This document shows positions 54,259-63,932 of a stretch of DNA of 64,000 nucleotides, piece by piece. Where the stretch lies: contig CAYRWA010000001.1 in the NCBI GenBank assembly GCA_964427915.1, positions 1,619 through 65,618 of the forward strand, written 5' to 3'. Made by a program: the position numbers and the translations under genes. A model generated the notes under the pieces. The model was not told where the DNA came from. It saw only the letters and a program-made list of their open reading frames with translations, and made no database searches. Position 1 is the first letter of the stretch. Each line of letters starts with the position of its first letter. This DNA is from an uncultured Caldisericota bacterium. Its GTDB lineage: Bacteria; Caldisericota; Caldisericia; UBA6126.

Positions 54259-54976
54259 TCATTGATGCTTCCATTGTTCGTGCGATCGATAAAAATGGTT
54301 TGACATCCAATGAAGCACCTCCAACAAGAAACCCTTGTATGGTAGGGATAGAAAAAATGTCAGCTGCATTGCTTTTATTCACACTACCACCATACAAAAC
54401 AGTACAAAAAGGAAAGCTTGAAGAAATGGTTTGAGAAACTGTTTGGATCCACTCCAGAGAAGGAATCACTCCGGTTCCGATTGCCCATACGGGTTCGTAG
54501 GCGATGAGAAAAGCTTCTTTTGGTGGAAACAATGACAGCTGCGTAGTGATAATCGATAATCGCTCTTCGTCTTCCATAGACATGTCATGCTCTCCAACAC
54601 ACACAATTGGATTGATGCTATTTTGACGAAGCTGGGTAAACTTATCAAATATCTCTTCAGACGTTTCTTTCATGTGTTGTCTTCGCTCAGAATGTCCAAT
54701 GATACAATGCTTGCAACCTACTTCTAAAAGCCACGAGGCACTAATCTCTCCGGTATAGGAACCGATAGGAAAAGAAGAACAGTTTTGGGCAGCTCTCTCA
54801 ATATTCTGTGGCAATTCTCCGGTATAGGGAAGTGAAACAAAAGAACTTGCAATAATGCATTGAACGCTTCCACGTAAAGGTTCTTTTTGGAGCACATGCT
54901 TCATTTCATTACAATACTCCATCGTTTCCGCAGGTCCAATATTCTGCTTCCAGTTCCCTATACAATAGTTACTCAT
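54248..54976 (-). CDS. tpiA: Triosephosphate isomerase
   Basis: ORF track starts at 54985. ATG 54976 (MSNYCIGNWKQN) follows the AAAGGA SD. Motifs IGHSERR, AYEPVWAIGTG, YGGSV. Confidence 0.9.
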   Translation of the reverse strand: MSNYCIGNWKQNIGPAETMEYCNEMKHVLQKEPLRGSVQCIIASSFVSLPYTGELPQNIERAAQNCSSFPIGSYTGEISASWLLEVGCKHCIIGHSERRQHMKETSEEIFDKFTQLRQNSINPIVCVGEHDMSMEDEERLSIITTQLSLFPPKEAFLIAYEPVWAIGTGVIPSLEWIQTVSQTISSSFPFCTVLYGGSVNKSNAADIFSIPTIQGFLVGGASLDVKPFLSIARTMEASMNEG

Positions 54977-56282
54977 TTTTAGCATCCTTTTCTATTCCCA
55001 TAATTTCAAATTCTTCTGGTTTTGTTATTTTTACACTCACTTTTACAATTCTACGGTCTTCCATACCTCTAACAACTAGCTCCAAGTGATCTTGGACAAC
55101 CTTTTCACCGATGGAAGGGATATGTCCTAATTGGGAGAGCATAAATCCTGAAATTGTGTCAATATCTTCTTCGTGTATACATGTATGGAAATTTTCATTA
55201 AAATCGTCGATGGGATAGTCTCCCAAAATCTCATATGTACCATCTTTTAGTTGCTTACTAAGTTCTTCTTCAGAGTCAAATTCATCTTGAATTTCTCCCA
55301 CGATTTCTTCCAAAATATCTTCCAAAGTGGCCAGTCCTGAAATACCGCCATATTCATCTACAATCATAACAATATGAGATTTTTTTGCTCGCATTTCGTT
55401 AAACAATTGATCAATCAATTTTGATTCCGGTACAAAATCGACGGGTCGAAGATTGCTTTTGATATTAACATCATGAATTGTTTTGTGATTTGCAATCCAA
55501 CGGACAACATCTTTTACAAACAACACTCCAATAATATTGTCTGGCTTCTCTTCATAAACAGGGATACGAGAAATACCTGTTTCTTTGACCAATCGCAAAA
55601 ATTCTTCTATTCCATCTTCTACGTCAAGACAAACCATATCAACTCTGGGAACCATAATTTCACTAACATGTGTGTCGCTAAATTCAAACACACTCTTTAA
55701 CATCTCTTGTTCATTTTGATGAATCAAGCCTTCTATTTTAGACAAATTAATAATTGTTTCCAGTTCTTTATGGTTCATTGCCAAAGAAAAATTCTCTGAA
55801 TTTCCAACACGGAACAGTTTTAACAGCAACGTATTGATATTCTCAAACAACCAAATCAAAGGCCCAAAAAGAAACAAAGAAATGCGAATAGGAACATACA
55901 CCAGTAAGCTTACTTTTAATGAGTTGGCATTGCTAGCTGTTTTGGGAAACATTTCTGCAAATGTCACAATAACAAGTGTTAAAAGCAACGTACTAACAAT
56001 GACAGCAATATTGTTGGGCAGTAACTTGGTAGCATAACTGGTTGCCAAAGAAGTAGCTAAAATATTCACAATATTGTTCCCAATTAATATGCCTGTAATT
56101 AACCGATTTGGCTTGTCAATCATGCGTGCAATTTTCTTTGCTTGATCAGATCCTTCTTCAATCAAATTGTTTAATTTGACCCTATTAACCGTTAAAAGTG
56201 CAATTTCTGAGCCTGAAAACAAGGCAGAGATAACTATTAAAACGATAATAGAGCCTATATAGGCAATGTCGCTAGACACCAT
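54969..56282 (-). CDS. HlyC/CorC-family transporter-associated protein (DUF21 + 2xCBS + CorC_HlyC)
   Basis: 437 aa. N-terminal 4-TM DUF21 (FSGSEIAL), CBS pair, C-terminal transporter-associated domain. Confidence 0.85.
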   Translation of the reverse strand: MVSSDIAYIGSIIVLIVISALFSGSEIALLTVNRVKLNNLIEEGSDQAKKIARMIDKPNRLITGILIGNNIVNILATSLATSYATKLLPNNIAVIVSTLLLTLVIVTFAEMFPKTASNANSLKVSLLVYVPIRISLFLFGPLIWLFENINTLLLKLFRVGNSENFSLAMNHKELETIINLSKIEGLIHQNEQEMLKSVFEFSDTHVSEIMVPRVDMVCLDVEDGIEEFLRLVKETGISRIPVYEEKPDNIIGVLFVKDVVRWIANHKTIHDVNIKSNLRPVDFVPESKLIDQLFNEMRAKKSHIVMIVDEYGGISGLATLEDILEEIVGEIQDEFDSEEELSKQLKDGTYEILGDYPIDDFNENFHTCIHEEDIDTISGFMLSQLGHIPSIGEKVVQDHLELVVRGMEDRRIVKVSVKITKPEEFEIMGIEKDAKNE

Positions 56283-56747
56283 CTAGTAATCTCCTCTCTC
56301 AAAACTGTCAACATCAGCATGTTTCATTAATTCTGATTCCAGTTTCCTCATATGTAGCAATTCCTCGTCTGTTGCATGATCATATCCTAACAAATGCAAG
56401 AAACCATGGGAAAACAACCACATGTATTCTTGTTCTAAGGAAATGCCTATCTCGTGGGCATCTCTTTTTGCTTGGTCTGTGCAAATAATGATTTCACCAA
56501 GAAGTATACCGTGTTCAATAAGTTCATTGTATGCAAACGTAAGAATATCGGTGGGTTGATTTTTGCCTCTATAGGAGTTATTTAACTCTGTCATAGTGGG
56601 ATCATGTACAAAAGCCACACTGACAACAGACTCCGTAGGAAACTGTGAAAAAATGGGATGCGATAATAAAATATCTACCTTAGTCGTAATGATTTCTAGA
56701 GGCAAGTCCGGTACAGCATCGTCAACACTGTATTCAATACTTGTCAT
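56283..56747 (-). CDS. ybeY: rRNA maturation endoribonuclease YbeY
   Basis: 154 aa. Zinc motif HGFLHLLGYDH. Confidence 0.9.
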   Translation of the reverse strand: MTSIEYSVDDAVPDLPLEIITTKVDILLSHPIFSQFPTESVVSVAFVHDPTMTELNNSYRGKNQPTDILTFAYNELIEHGILLGEIIICTDQAKRDAHEIGISLEQEYMWLFSHGFLHLLGYDHATDEELLHMRKLESELMKHADVDSFERGDY

Positions 56748-58876
56748 AGAGAACCTCTCTTGTGGTATGGATTTTTCCTAAAAATTTTCTTGTCTTCAAT
56801 CTTGGATACAGGATATGTAATACGGGAATGATACAGGGAATCCAATGTGAAGACAAACGACTCTTTTGCTTCGCGAAGGTCTGCAAAGGTCAATTGAGAT
56901 TCTTCCAATTGACCATCTTGGATTTTCATATTGATAATATCGTCAACAACACCCTGAATCTTCTCGGTATCTTTATCAGACATGGATCGTACAGCAGCTT
57001 CAATAGAATCAGCAAACAGTAGGATTGTTTCTTCTTTCGATACGGGTTTGGGTCCTGGATAGCGAAATCCCTTGTCATCCTGTAAGGTAGGATCTAAAGC
57101 CTGCGCTGCTTGAAACAAAAAGCTAATACGAGTGGTACCATGATGTGTTAGGATAAATCTTCGTATCCCCGGAGGAATTCGATTTTTTTCTGCCAATTGT
57201 ACACCGTTAAGAATATGCCCCTTAATGATGTCTACAGATTCATGTGGACTCAAATCATCCAATATGTTTTTCCCGCTACTGTTTTCAGTAAAATAAAAAG
57301 GAAACACAGTCTTTCCAATATCATGATAATAAGCCCCAACTCTAACAAGCATATCATCAGCTCCTATTTTTTTGGCTGCGTGAGATGCAATATTGGCTAC
57401 CATAATAGAGTGTTGATAGCTACCGGGCGCGACTTCAAATAAGTATCGCAAAAGAGGTGAATTGGAATCGCCCAATTCAATCAGTCGCAAAGGAGTGATA
57501 AAAGCAAATAGTCGTTCTAATGCAAGAATGATTCCCAAGGTAAAAAGACCCGAAACAAATCCGTTGATAAACATAAGAAAGATCGGGTGGTACAAAACAT
57601 ATTGAAGAGAGTATCCCGGAAATATGGAGAAAATAACAAATCCCAATAGGGCAAACAAAAACCCAGCGAAAAAACACTTCAAAATATAGTCAGCATAGGT
57701 TCTAAATACAGAAAACAACTGAATTGTAAACAAAGCTGACAAAAGATATAGTGAAGTATACACAATGTCCATACCAAAAAATGGAAAGAACAAAACGGTA
57801 AGTACTGTAGTAATAAAGTAGCCAAAGGGTTTGTTAAAGAAGACAGTCATAATGATGGAAAACATAAACAAAGGAACAAGACTTAGGTCGAGTGGGATAA
57901 GGAACCGTGAAATAAAAACAACAAAAATGATGGAAGCAAATAGAAGATTAAATTTCTTTAAGTGTGTAATCCATTCTTGTTTATTGGATAAAAATAGATA
58001 CAAAAACAAGAAAAAGAACAGTATAAAAGGATATACCAGTGCATGAACCCAAATCATCCATTGGGTAGTAGAATCAAAATATCCAGCTGCCTTGAGGCGT
58101 TCAATGTCTTCTTGTGTAAGAATTTCCCCTTTTTCTACCAGCAACTCATTGATCCGTATGTTCTCCTGAACAGGTGCTATGCGTGCTTTTGCTTTTTCTC
58201 TTTCTAAGTTTGTTGTTTCTTCGTCAACGGTTAAGTTTGGTCGAAGCTCTTTTTGGGCAATATATATTATTGCTTGAACAGTTTCTTCTCGCCCATCTTT
58301 GTTATACGATAGTGCGATAAGCTCAATAGTTTCATACTTTTTTGCGATATTTTCTTTTCTTACACCTGCCTCAAGAAGTTCTAGGTTAATTTCTGCAGCA
58401 GCATCAAATATATATTTGAGAGTAGTACTTTCCGTTGTAAGAAGATATGTGGCTATGGTTGTATTTTCCTCTGAAAGACCTAGCAACGAAGAAATCTCTT
58501 CAATTTTCTCGGAATCTTTTTTTAATCGATTGTTCCGTTCGTCAAGGATTTGACGATAGATATAATAAATATGGTCTTTGGTTTCTTCTGCAATTGTATG
58601 ATTCTGCGTTAAGCGGATTTCTACATCGGAAGCAGCTTCATTTCGCAATTGCTCCGTTTTAACCTTGTTGAAATAAGGCATCACAGATCTTTTCGCATGC
58701 AAATCCCTAGAAGCTACATCTCCAATAGAAAAGGTGGATCGATTTTGATAATCATAGGAAAAAATGAGAGTTGCAATGCATAGGAAAGATAAGAAGACAA
58801 TACTAACCCTAAAAACATTAAACAACTTTAGGAAATTGGGAAGGGCTCTGTCACCAGAGCCCAATATACTGTTCAC
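56744..58876 (-). CDS. pgpH: 7TM-HD membrane phosphohydrolase (PgpH/YqfF-like)
   Basis: 710 aa. Extracellular domain plus 7 TM plus HD domain (HSIMVANIA...YYHDIGK...THHGT). Confidence 0.85.
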   Translation of the reverse strand: MNSILGSGDRALPNFLKLFNVFRVSIVFLSFLCIATLIFSYDYQNRSTFSIGDVASRDLHAKRSVMPYFNKVKTEQLRNEAASDVEIRLTQNHTIAEETKDHIYYIYRQILDERNNRLKKDSEKIEEISSLLGLSEENTTIATYLLTTESTTLKYIFDAAAEINLELLEAGVRKENIAKKYETIELIALSYNKDGREETVQAIIYIAQKELRPNLTVDEETTNLEREKAKARIAPVQENIRINELLVEKGEILTQEDIERLKAAGYFDSTTQWMIWVHALVYPFILFFFLFLYLFLSNKQEWITHLKKFNLLFASIIFVVFISRFLIPLDLSLVPLFMFSIIMTVFFNKPFGYFITTVLTVLFFPFFGMDIVYTSLYLLSALFTIQLFSVFRTYADYILKCFFAGFLFALLGFVIFSIFPGYSLQYVLYHPIFLMFINGFVSGLFTLGIILALERLFAFITPLRLIELGDSNSPLLRYLFEVAPGSYQHSIMVANIASHAAKKIGADDMLVRVGAYYHDIGKTVFPFYFTENSSGKNILDDLSPHESVDIIKGHILNGVQLAEKNRIPPGIRRFILTHHGTTRISFLFQAAQALDPTLQDDKGFRYPGPKPVSKEETILLFADSIEAAVRSMSDKDTEKIQGVVDDIINMKIQDGQLEESQLTFADLREAKESFVFTLDSLYHSRITYPVSKIEDKKIFRKNPYHKRGSL

Positions 58877-58887
58877 GGCTTAACTAA

Positions 58888-59070
58888 TTACTTTACCTTG
58901 CGACGGCGCTTCTTGGCAGAAGCAATTTGTTTACGGCGCATGACGCTAGGTGGGTAAAAATACTGATGTTTCTTAATATCAGATATAATGCCCTGTCTAG
59001 CACAATCTTGCTTAAAACGGTTCAGTAAAGAATCGAAACTTTCATTGTCTCTTCTCTGTGCTTGAGCCAT
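58888..59070 (-). CDS. rpsU: 30S ribosomal protein S21
   Basis: 60 aa, basic. Motif ESFDSLLNRFK...Y.PPS..R typical of S21. Confidence 0.93.
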   Translation of the reverse strand: MAQAQRRDNESFDSLLNRFKQDCARQGIISDIKKHQYFYPPSVMRRKQIASAKKRRRKVK

Positions 59071-59081
59071 CTATTAAATCA

Positions 59082-60335
59082 TCACCCTTTCAACTTTGCA
59101 TACAAACAACTTACATCAACTTTTGTAACATTTACATCGTATAAATGCCCTACTATAGCAGTACAGTCGAGATCCTGCAATCGAACCCGAATGTAATTGC
59201 GTGTGAGCCCTGTATTATTACTCTCTAAAAGAATTTTTACAGAAGCTCCTATATAGTGTTCGTGCATATTATACCGAATCGTATTTTCAATTGCAAGCAA
59301 ACGATCTCTTCTCTCTTTTTTGATTGCATACGGAATTTGATTTGGATCTCTTCCAGCAGAAGTTCCCGATCGAACAGAATAAGGAAATACATGCACTTTT
59401 GAAAACTGGAGCTTTTGTACCCAAAGAAGGGTATCGGCAAACTCCTCTTCCGTTTCTCCTGGATACCCCACAATGATATCGGTGGAAACTTGAAAATTTG
59501 GAATATGGGTTCGAAGCATTTCTATTGTTTGATGAAATTCTTCTATGGTGTAGTGACGATTCATTCTTTTTAATACAGAGTTGCTGCCTGATTGAAGGGA
59601 AATATGCATATGATTGCACAAAACAGGGTACTTGTCTACCAACTCCCAAAACTTATGTGTTACAAAACGCATGCCTATAGAAGAAATACGAATTCTGTAC
59701 AAATCGTTAGAAAATGTTTTGCATATATCTTCTAGTAATTCATACAACTGTATCGCCTCGTCACTTGGGTCTTGATACAACCCAACTTGAGTTCCAGTCA
59801 ATACCAGCTCCTTATAGCCTGATGAAAGTAGAGATGCAATTTCCCTAAAAATATCTTTTTTTGTTCTTGAAACCATGGGTCCTCTTACATAGGGAACAAT
59901 GCAGTAGGAACAGTATTGATTGCAACCAGATTGAATTTTCACAAAAGCTCTGGTTCTTTCTCCAAAATCTTGTAGCTGCCTAGCGGTTGAATTAATGATA
60001 GAAGAATATCCATGAAAAGAAGTCTGTAAAGTAGCTATTACATCCTCGAAGGGACCGTAAAAAATATCGTTCCTTACAGCGTACTTTTTGATAGAAGGTC
60101 CAACACAACCAGTAATATAAAGTTCCAAGCGGAGATTTCTATGCACTTTATGTAAAAAGGAAATACACTCTCTTTCAGCCTTTTCTGTAACAACACAGCC
60201 ATTTACAATAACAATGTCCGCTTCGTCGATAGAAGATGCGATACCATACACATTGTGCAATGACTGCAAAATCATCTGTGAATTGTACTGATTCACTTTG
60301 CATCCATAAGTTTTCACAAATACATTCTTCAACAT
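59082..60335 (-). CDS. mtaB: tRNA methylthiotransferase, MiaB-like MtaB type (radical SAM + TRAM)
   Basis: 417 aa. N-terminal UPF0004 cysteines (YGCKVN, NGCVVT) and radical SAM CNQYCSYC. Confidence 0.88.
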   Translation of the reverse strand: MLKNVFVKTYGCKVNQYNSQMILQSLHNVYGIASSIDEADIVIVNGCVVTEKAERECISFLHKVHRNLRLELYITGCVGPSIKKYAVRNDIFYGPFEDVIATLQTSFHGYSSIINSTARQLQDFGERTRAFVKIQSGCNQYCSYCIVPYVRGPMVSRTKKDIFREIASLLSSGYKELVLTGTQVGLYQDPSDEAIQLYELLEDICKTFSNDLYRIRISSIGMRFVTHKFWELVDKYPVLCNHMHISLQSGSNSVLKRMNRHYTIEEFHQTIEMLRTHIPNFQVSTDIIVGYPGETEEEFADTLLWVQKLQFSKVHVFPYSVRSGTSAGRDPNQIPYAIKKERRDRLLAIENTIRYNMHEHYIGASVKILLESNNTGLTRNYIRVRLQDLDCTAIVGHLYDVNVTKVDVSCLYAKLKG

Positions 60336-61084
60336 CGAAATTCCAAAATGTATCGGACCAATCCTGCCATAAAGAACCCGGCTGTTTCAGTCCGCAAAAT
60401 GGTATCGCCAAGAGTAACTTGTTGGAAACCTTTCGCATCCAGAGTGTGGATTTCTTCTTCCGTGATGCCTCCTTCAGGACCGACACATAACCATATATTT
60501 GCAGGGGATGCCTCTTTTTGTAGTTTTGTAGGAAGAATATGGAACAAACTAGCTTCTTTTTCTGCTTCATAAGCAACTACCACTATGTCTCCTGCAACGT
60601 TGTTGATGGTTTGGATATACTCATGAAAAGGTTCTACATCAAAAACGTGAGGAATTCTAGTAGCACCGCATTGTTTGGTTGCTGCGCAAGCGATACGATT
60701 CCATCGCTGTGTTTTTTCTTTTAATTGCTCTTTCGAAAGAGAGGAATACGACCTTTTCATAAGCAGTGGGTGGAAAAAATGAATGCCAACTTCCGTTCCT
60801 TTTTCAACAATATCATCCATTTTTTTTATTTTTGGGAGGCCTTGTAAAAGGTGGATAGAATACGAAGGCTGATTTCTGGGAATTCTTTTTTGAATGGAAA
60901 TCAAAGCTGAATCATGCAAAATTTCTTGAATACAACCCTCTGCCATTCCACTAGAGGAAACTAGCTGTATCGTATCCCCCACAGCAAAGCGAACTACATG
61001 TACCAAATGATGAAATTCTTCCCCCACTAGCTTCACAGAAGAAGACTGGGCTGGTATTGTTCGGACATAAAAACGTCGCGTCAT
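60329..61084 (-). CDS. rsmE: 16S rRNA (uracil1498-N3)-methyltransferase
   Basis: 251 aa. Motifs RRFYV, HHLVHVVR, LLQGLPK, VGPEGGITEEE. Confidence 0.88.
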   Translation of the reverse strand: MTRRFYVRTIPAQSSSVKLVGEEFHHLVHVVRFAVGDTIQLVSSSGMAEGCIQEILHDSALISIQKRIPRNQPSYSIHLLQGLPKIKKMDDIVEKGTEVGIHFFHPLLMKRSYSSLSKEQLKEKTQRWNRIACAATKQCGATRIPHVFDVEPFHEYIQTINNVAGDIVVVAYEAEKEASLFHILPTKLQKEASPANIWLCVGPEGGITEEEIHTLDAKGFQQVTLGDTILRTETAGFFMAGLVRYILEFRC

Positions 61085-61887
61085 ATAGACAAAAAGTGAG
61101 GTAAATTCGAATTATCGTTCTCTGGCCCCCAGCTTGACAACGAACCAAAAATCAAACATTCGTCAGGATCCATGAGAAGTTTTCTAGTTAATTCAAAAGC
61201 AGGAGTGTCTGAAAATTGAATAGAAAGTCCTTTGATGAGAACAAAAGGTCGTCGTTCAATCGTTTCACCCATTACCAAATTAGCTGCAGAAGCTAGGTTG
61301 TCAGCTAAGTTAAGGCGTGTAACATGCATGGTTTTACCAAACAAGTCCTTGTCTCCTCTTCGATCAATGATTCCATCAAAACCTGCCACTGCTATGGCAA
61401 CTCCATACGTTCCTACGCGCAGAGGGGCAATTTGGGAATCAGAAATAATGACTCCAACCGATATATTGTATGTTCGCTTTATATAATCATGAAGCCTTTG
61501 AGCTGTAGAAGAAGGATTTTTTGGCCAAAGCACAGCGTGATTTTTGGGTACATTGGATTGATCGACTCCAGCAAAGGGGGTAACAATACCATTTTTCATG
61601 GTTGTAATAACGCCCGGAACACCTCCTAGTATTTCGTCAGCTTCCTGTAAAATTGCCTGGCAGAAAAAAGGATTCATCCGAAACTCTGTTGCCAAAGCCC
61701 ACGCTTCTTCTGTAATAGTCAAATCTTGTAAAAAAATAACTCGACCTTCAGAAATAGAAACCACCTTTGAAGCTATCACAATAATATCACCCTCTTCAAG
61801 GTCATTTCCTAAAACATCGTGAAGAAGTAGCTCCAATGGGAATGGCTCTGTAAAAATCTTGGTTTGGTATGGAATTACTATCAACAT
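61081..61887 (-). CDS. CofE-like (F420-0:gamma-glutamyl ligase family) protein
   Basis: 268 aa. GDIIVIASKVVSISEGRV, AGVDQSNV, VGVIISDS and DLFGKTMHVTRLNLADNLASAANLVMGE parallel the archaeal CofE signature as I recall it. SD AAGGAG. Confidence 0.7.
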   Translation of the reverse strand: MLIVIPYQTKIFTEPFPLELLLHDVLGNDLEEGDIIVIASKVVSISEGRVIFLQDLTITEEAWALATEFRMNPFFCQAILQEADEILGGVPGVITTMKNGIVTPFAGVDQSNVPKNHAVLWPKNPSSTAQRLHDYIKRTYNISVGVIISDSQIAPLRVGTYGVAIAVAGFDGIIDRRGDKDLFGKTMHVTRLNLADNLASAANLVMGETIERRPFVLIKGLSIQFSDTPAFELTRKLLMDPDECLIFGSLSSWGPENDNSNLPHFLSI

Positions 61888-61953
61888 TTACTCCTTTAGA
61901 CAAATTGTTCTTTCATTATAATAGATTTGAAACATTATAAGGAGTAACAAAAC

Positions 61954-62748
61954 ATGAAGATACTTGTTTTAGTAAAACAGATACCGGATCTAGAGAACAA
62001 AGTTAAGGTTTCGATTGACCAGAAGAATTTCAGCATGAAACGCGGAGGCATCCCATCTATTATGAATCCAGCGGATAAAAATGCCCTGGAAGCCGCTTTA
62101 AAAATCAAAGATGCTCATCCATCAACTACTGTTCATGTCATAAGTATGGGACCAAAACAAGCCACAGAAGTACTTAAAGAAGCATATTCGATGGGGGCTG
62201 ACACGGGTATGCTGTTATCGGATCCTCTATATGCAGGCTCTGACACATTAGCAACTTCTTTGATTCTCACTAAGGCTATTGAGAGTATCGGAGAGTACAC
62301 TCTTATTTTTTGCGGGAAACAAGCCCTTGACGGAGATACAGGGCAGGTTGGACCCGGTATTGCGTCTAGGCTTTCAATTCCGCAAATAATGGCCGCTACC
62401 GGTGTCACAATAGAAAATAATGCTTGTATTATACAGCGTGAGTTTCGAAATCATACGGAAACCATTGTGTCTCCTATGCCAGCACTAATTGCTTTCAAAG
62501 CCCATTGTAACACGCCTCGCCTCCCATCATTAAGAGGTCTGTATGCAAAAGAAAAATGGACTCCTACAATGTTGCAAAATACAGATCTTCAAATTTCTAT
62601 CCAGCACCTTGGAATAGAAGGCTCTCCTACGAGAGTTGTAAAGACATTCCAGCCGGTCCTAACCAAAACAACTGAAACAGTTCATTTTGACGATGGATCT
62701 ATCCCTGTAAATCACATCATGAAAACTATCCATGAGGTAAATCAATAA
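61954..62748 (+). CDS. etfB: Electron transfer flavoprotein beta subunit
   Basis: 264 aa. Motifs MKILVLVKQIPD, NPADKNALEAAL, CGKQALDGDTGQVGP. SD TAAGGAG. Confidence 0.9.
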   Translation: MKILVLVKQIPDLENKVKVSIDQKNFSMKRGGIPSIMNPADKNALEAALKIKDAHPSTTVHVISMGPKQATEVLKEAYSMGADTGMLLSDPLYAGSDTLATSLILTKAIESIGEYTLIFCGKQALDGDTGQVGPGIASRLSIPQIMAATGVTIENNACIIQREFRNHTETIVSPMPALIAFKAHCNTPRLPSLRGLYAKEKWTPTMLQNTDLQISIQHLGIEGSPTRVVKTFQPVLTKTTETVHFDDGSIPVNHIMKTIHEVNQ

Positions 62749-63932
62749 TGAAAATTAAAGTCATATCATCCCAATGTAACGGTTGTACACTTTGTATAAA
62801 AAAATGCCCCATGCAAGCCATTCAGCTTGAGAACAAAAAAGCGGTACTTCTGGATATTTGCAATTTCTGTGGAATTTGTATTTCAATCTGCCCCCAAAAA
62901 GCCATTGTAAAATCCATAGAAGATGAAACAATCGCACCCGTTACAAATAAGTGTTGGGTCATGATGGAAACAAAGCACAACGGAGAAATAGACTCCACAA
63001 GCTACGAAATGATAGCAAAACTCCGTGAGTTAAATCCATTGGCCCATATTACGGCGGTACTCCTATGTTCAACAAATCCCTCAGTAGATACCGCACTCAT
63101 AGGATCTGCTGGGGGAGACGAACTTTTTTTGATACAGAATCCTGCTTTTGAAGAGTACAATGCAGTCCTTTTTACAAAGGCAATTGTACCGTATTGCAAG
63201 CAAGAAGAACCTTCCGTTTTTTTATTTCCAGCTACTGAAATGGGTAGAGATTTAGCTCCTCGCATAGCGACCGAACTTCACACAGGCTTAACCGCAGATT
63301 GTACCGACCTTTCCATCGATCCAGACAACGGTCTTCTTGTTCAAACAAGACCAGCCTGGGATGGAAATTTAATGGCAAGCATCATTTGTCCGAATCGAAG
63401 ACCGCAAATGGCCACGATTCGCCCCCATGTTTTTCCGGTGAAATCCTATCTTAATCGCCCGGTTAGAAGTCGCATAGAAGAATATTCCAACCCCATCGCC
63501 CCTGTGGAGACAATAACCAATCGATCCATCATTGAAAGTACTTTCCCGGACTTGGAAAAACAAACCATCGTTGTTGGCGTTGGTAGGGGAATTGGATCCA
63601 AAGATAATGTGGACCTAGTATGGGATTTTGCTCAAAGTATTCATGCAGGCATTGGATGTTCTAGGCCTCTTGTTGACAATGGATGGTTACCACATGAAGT
63701 GCAAGTTGGCATGTCAGGAAAAGCGATTGCCCCTAAAGTATACATTGCTCTGGGTATTTCTGGTTCCGTACAACACCTTGTTGGTATGCAATCAAGTGAA
63801 TACATTATTGCTGTCAATAAAGATGAAAATGCACCGATTTTTAAACATTCGCATCTTTCTCTAGTGGGAGACATAAAAAAAATGCTCCCTCTTCTGAAAG
63901 ATATAGTTGAAAAAAGAAAAAAACTTTCATAG
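62748..63932 (+). CDS. etfA: Electron transfer flavoprotein alpha subunit with N-terminal 2x[4Fe-4S] ferredoxin domain
   Basis: 394 aa. Motifs CNGCTLCIKKCP, CNFCGICISICP, then the EtfA core (IVVGVGRGIGS, QVGMSGKAIAPKVYIALGISGSVQHLVGM). Confidence 0.9.
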   Translation: MKIKVISSQCNGCTLCIKKCPMQAIQLENKKAVLLDICNFCGICISICPQKAIVKSIEDETIAPVTNKCWVMMETKHNGEIDSTSYEMIAKLRELNPLAHITAVLLCSTNPSVDTALIGSAGGDELFLIQNPAFEEYNAVLFTKAIVPYCKQEEPSVFLFPATEMGRDLAPRIATELHTGLTADCTDLSIDPDNGLLVQTRPAWDGNLMASIICPNRRPQMATIRPHVFPVKSYLNRPVRSRIEEYSNPIAPVETITNRSIIESTFPDLEKQTIVVGVGRGIGSKDNVDLVWDFAQSIHAGIGCSRPLVDNGWLPHEVQVGMSGKAIAPKVYIALGISGSVQHLVGMQSSEYIIAVNKDENAPIFKHSHLSLVGDIKKMLPLLKDIVEKRKKLS

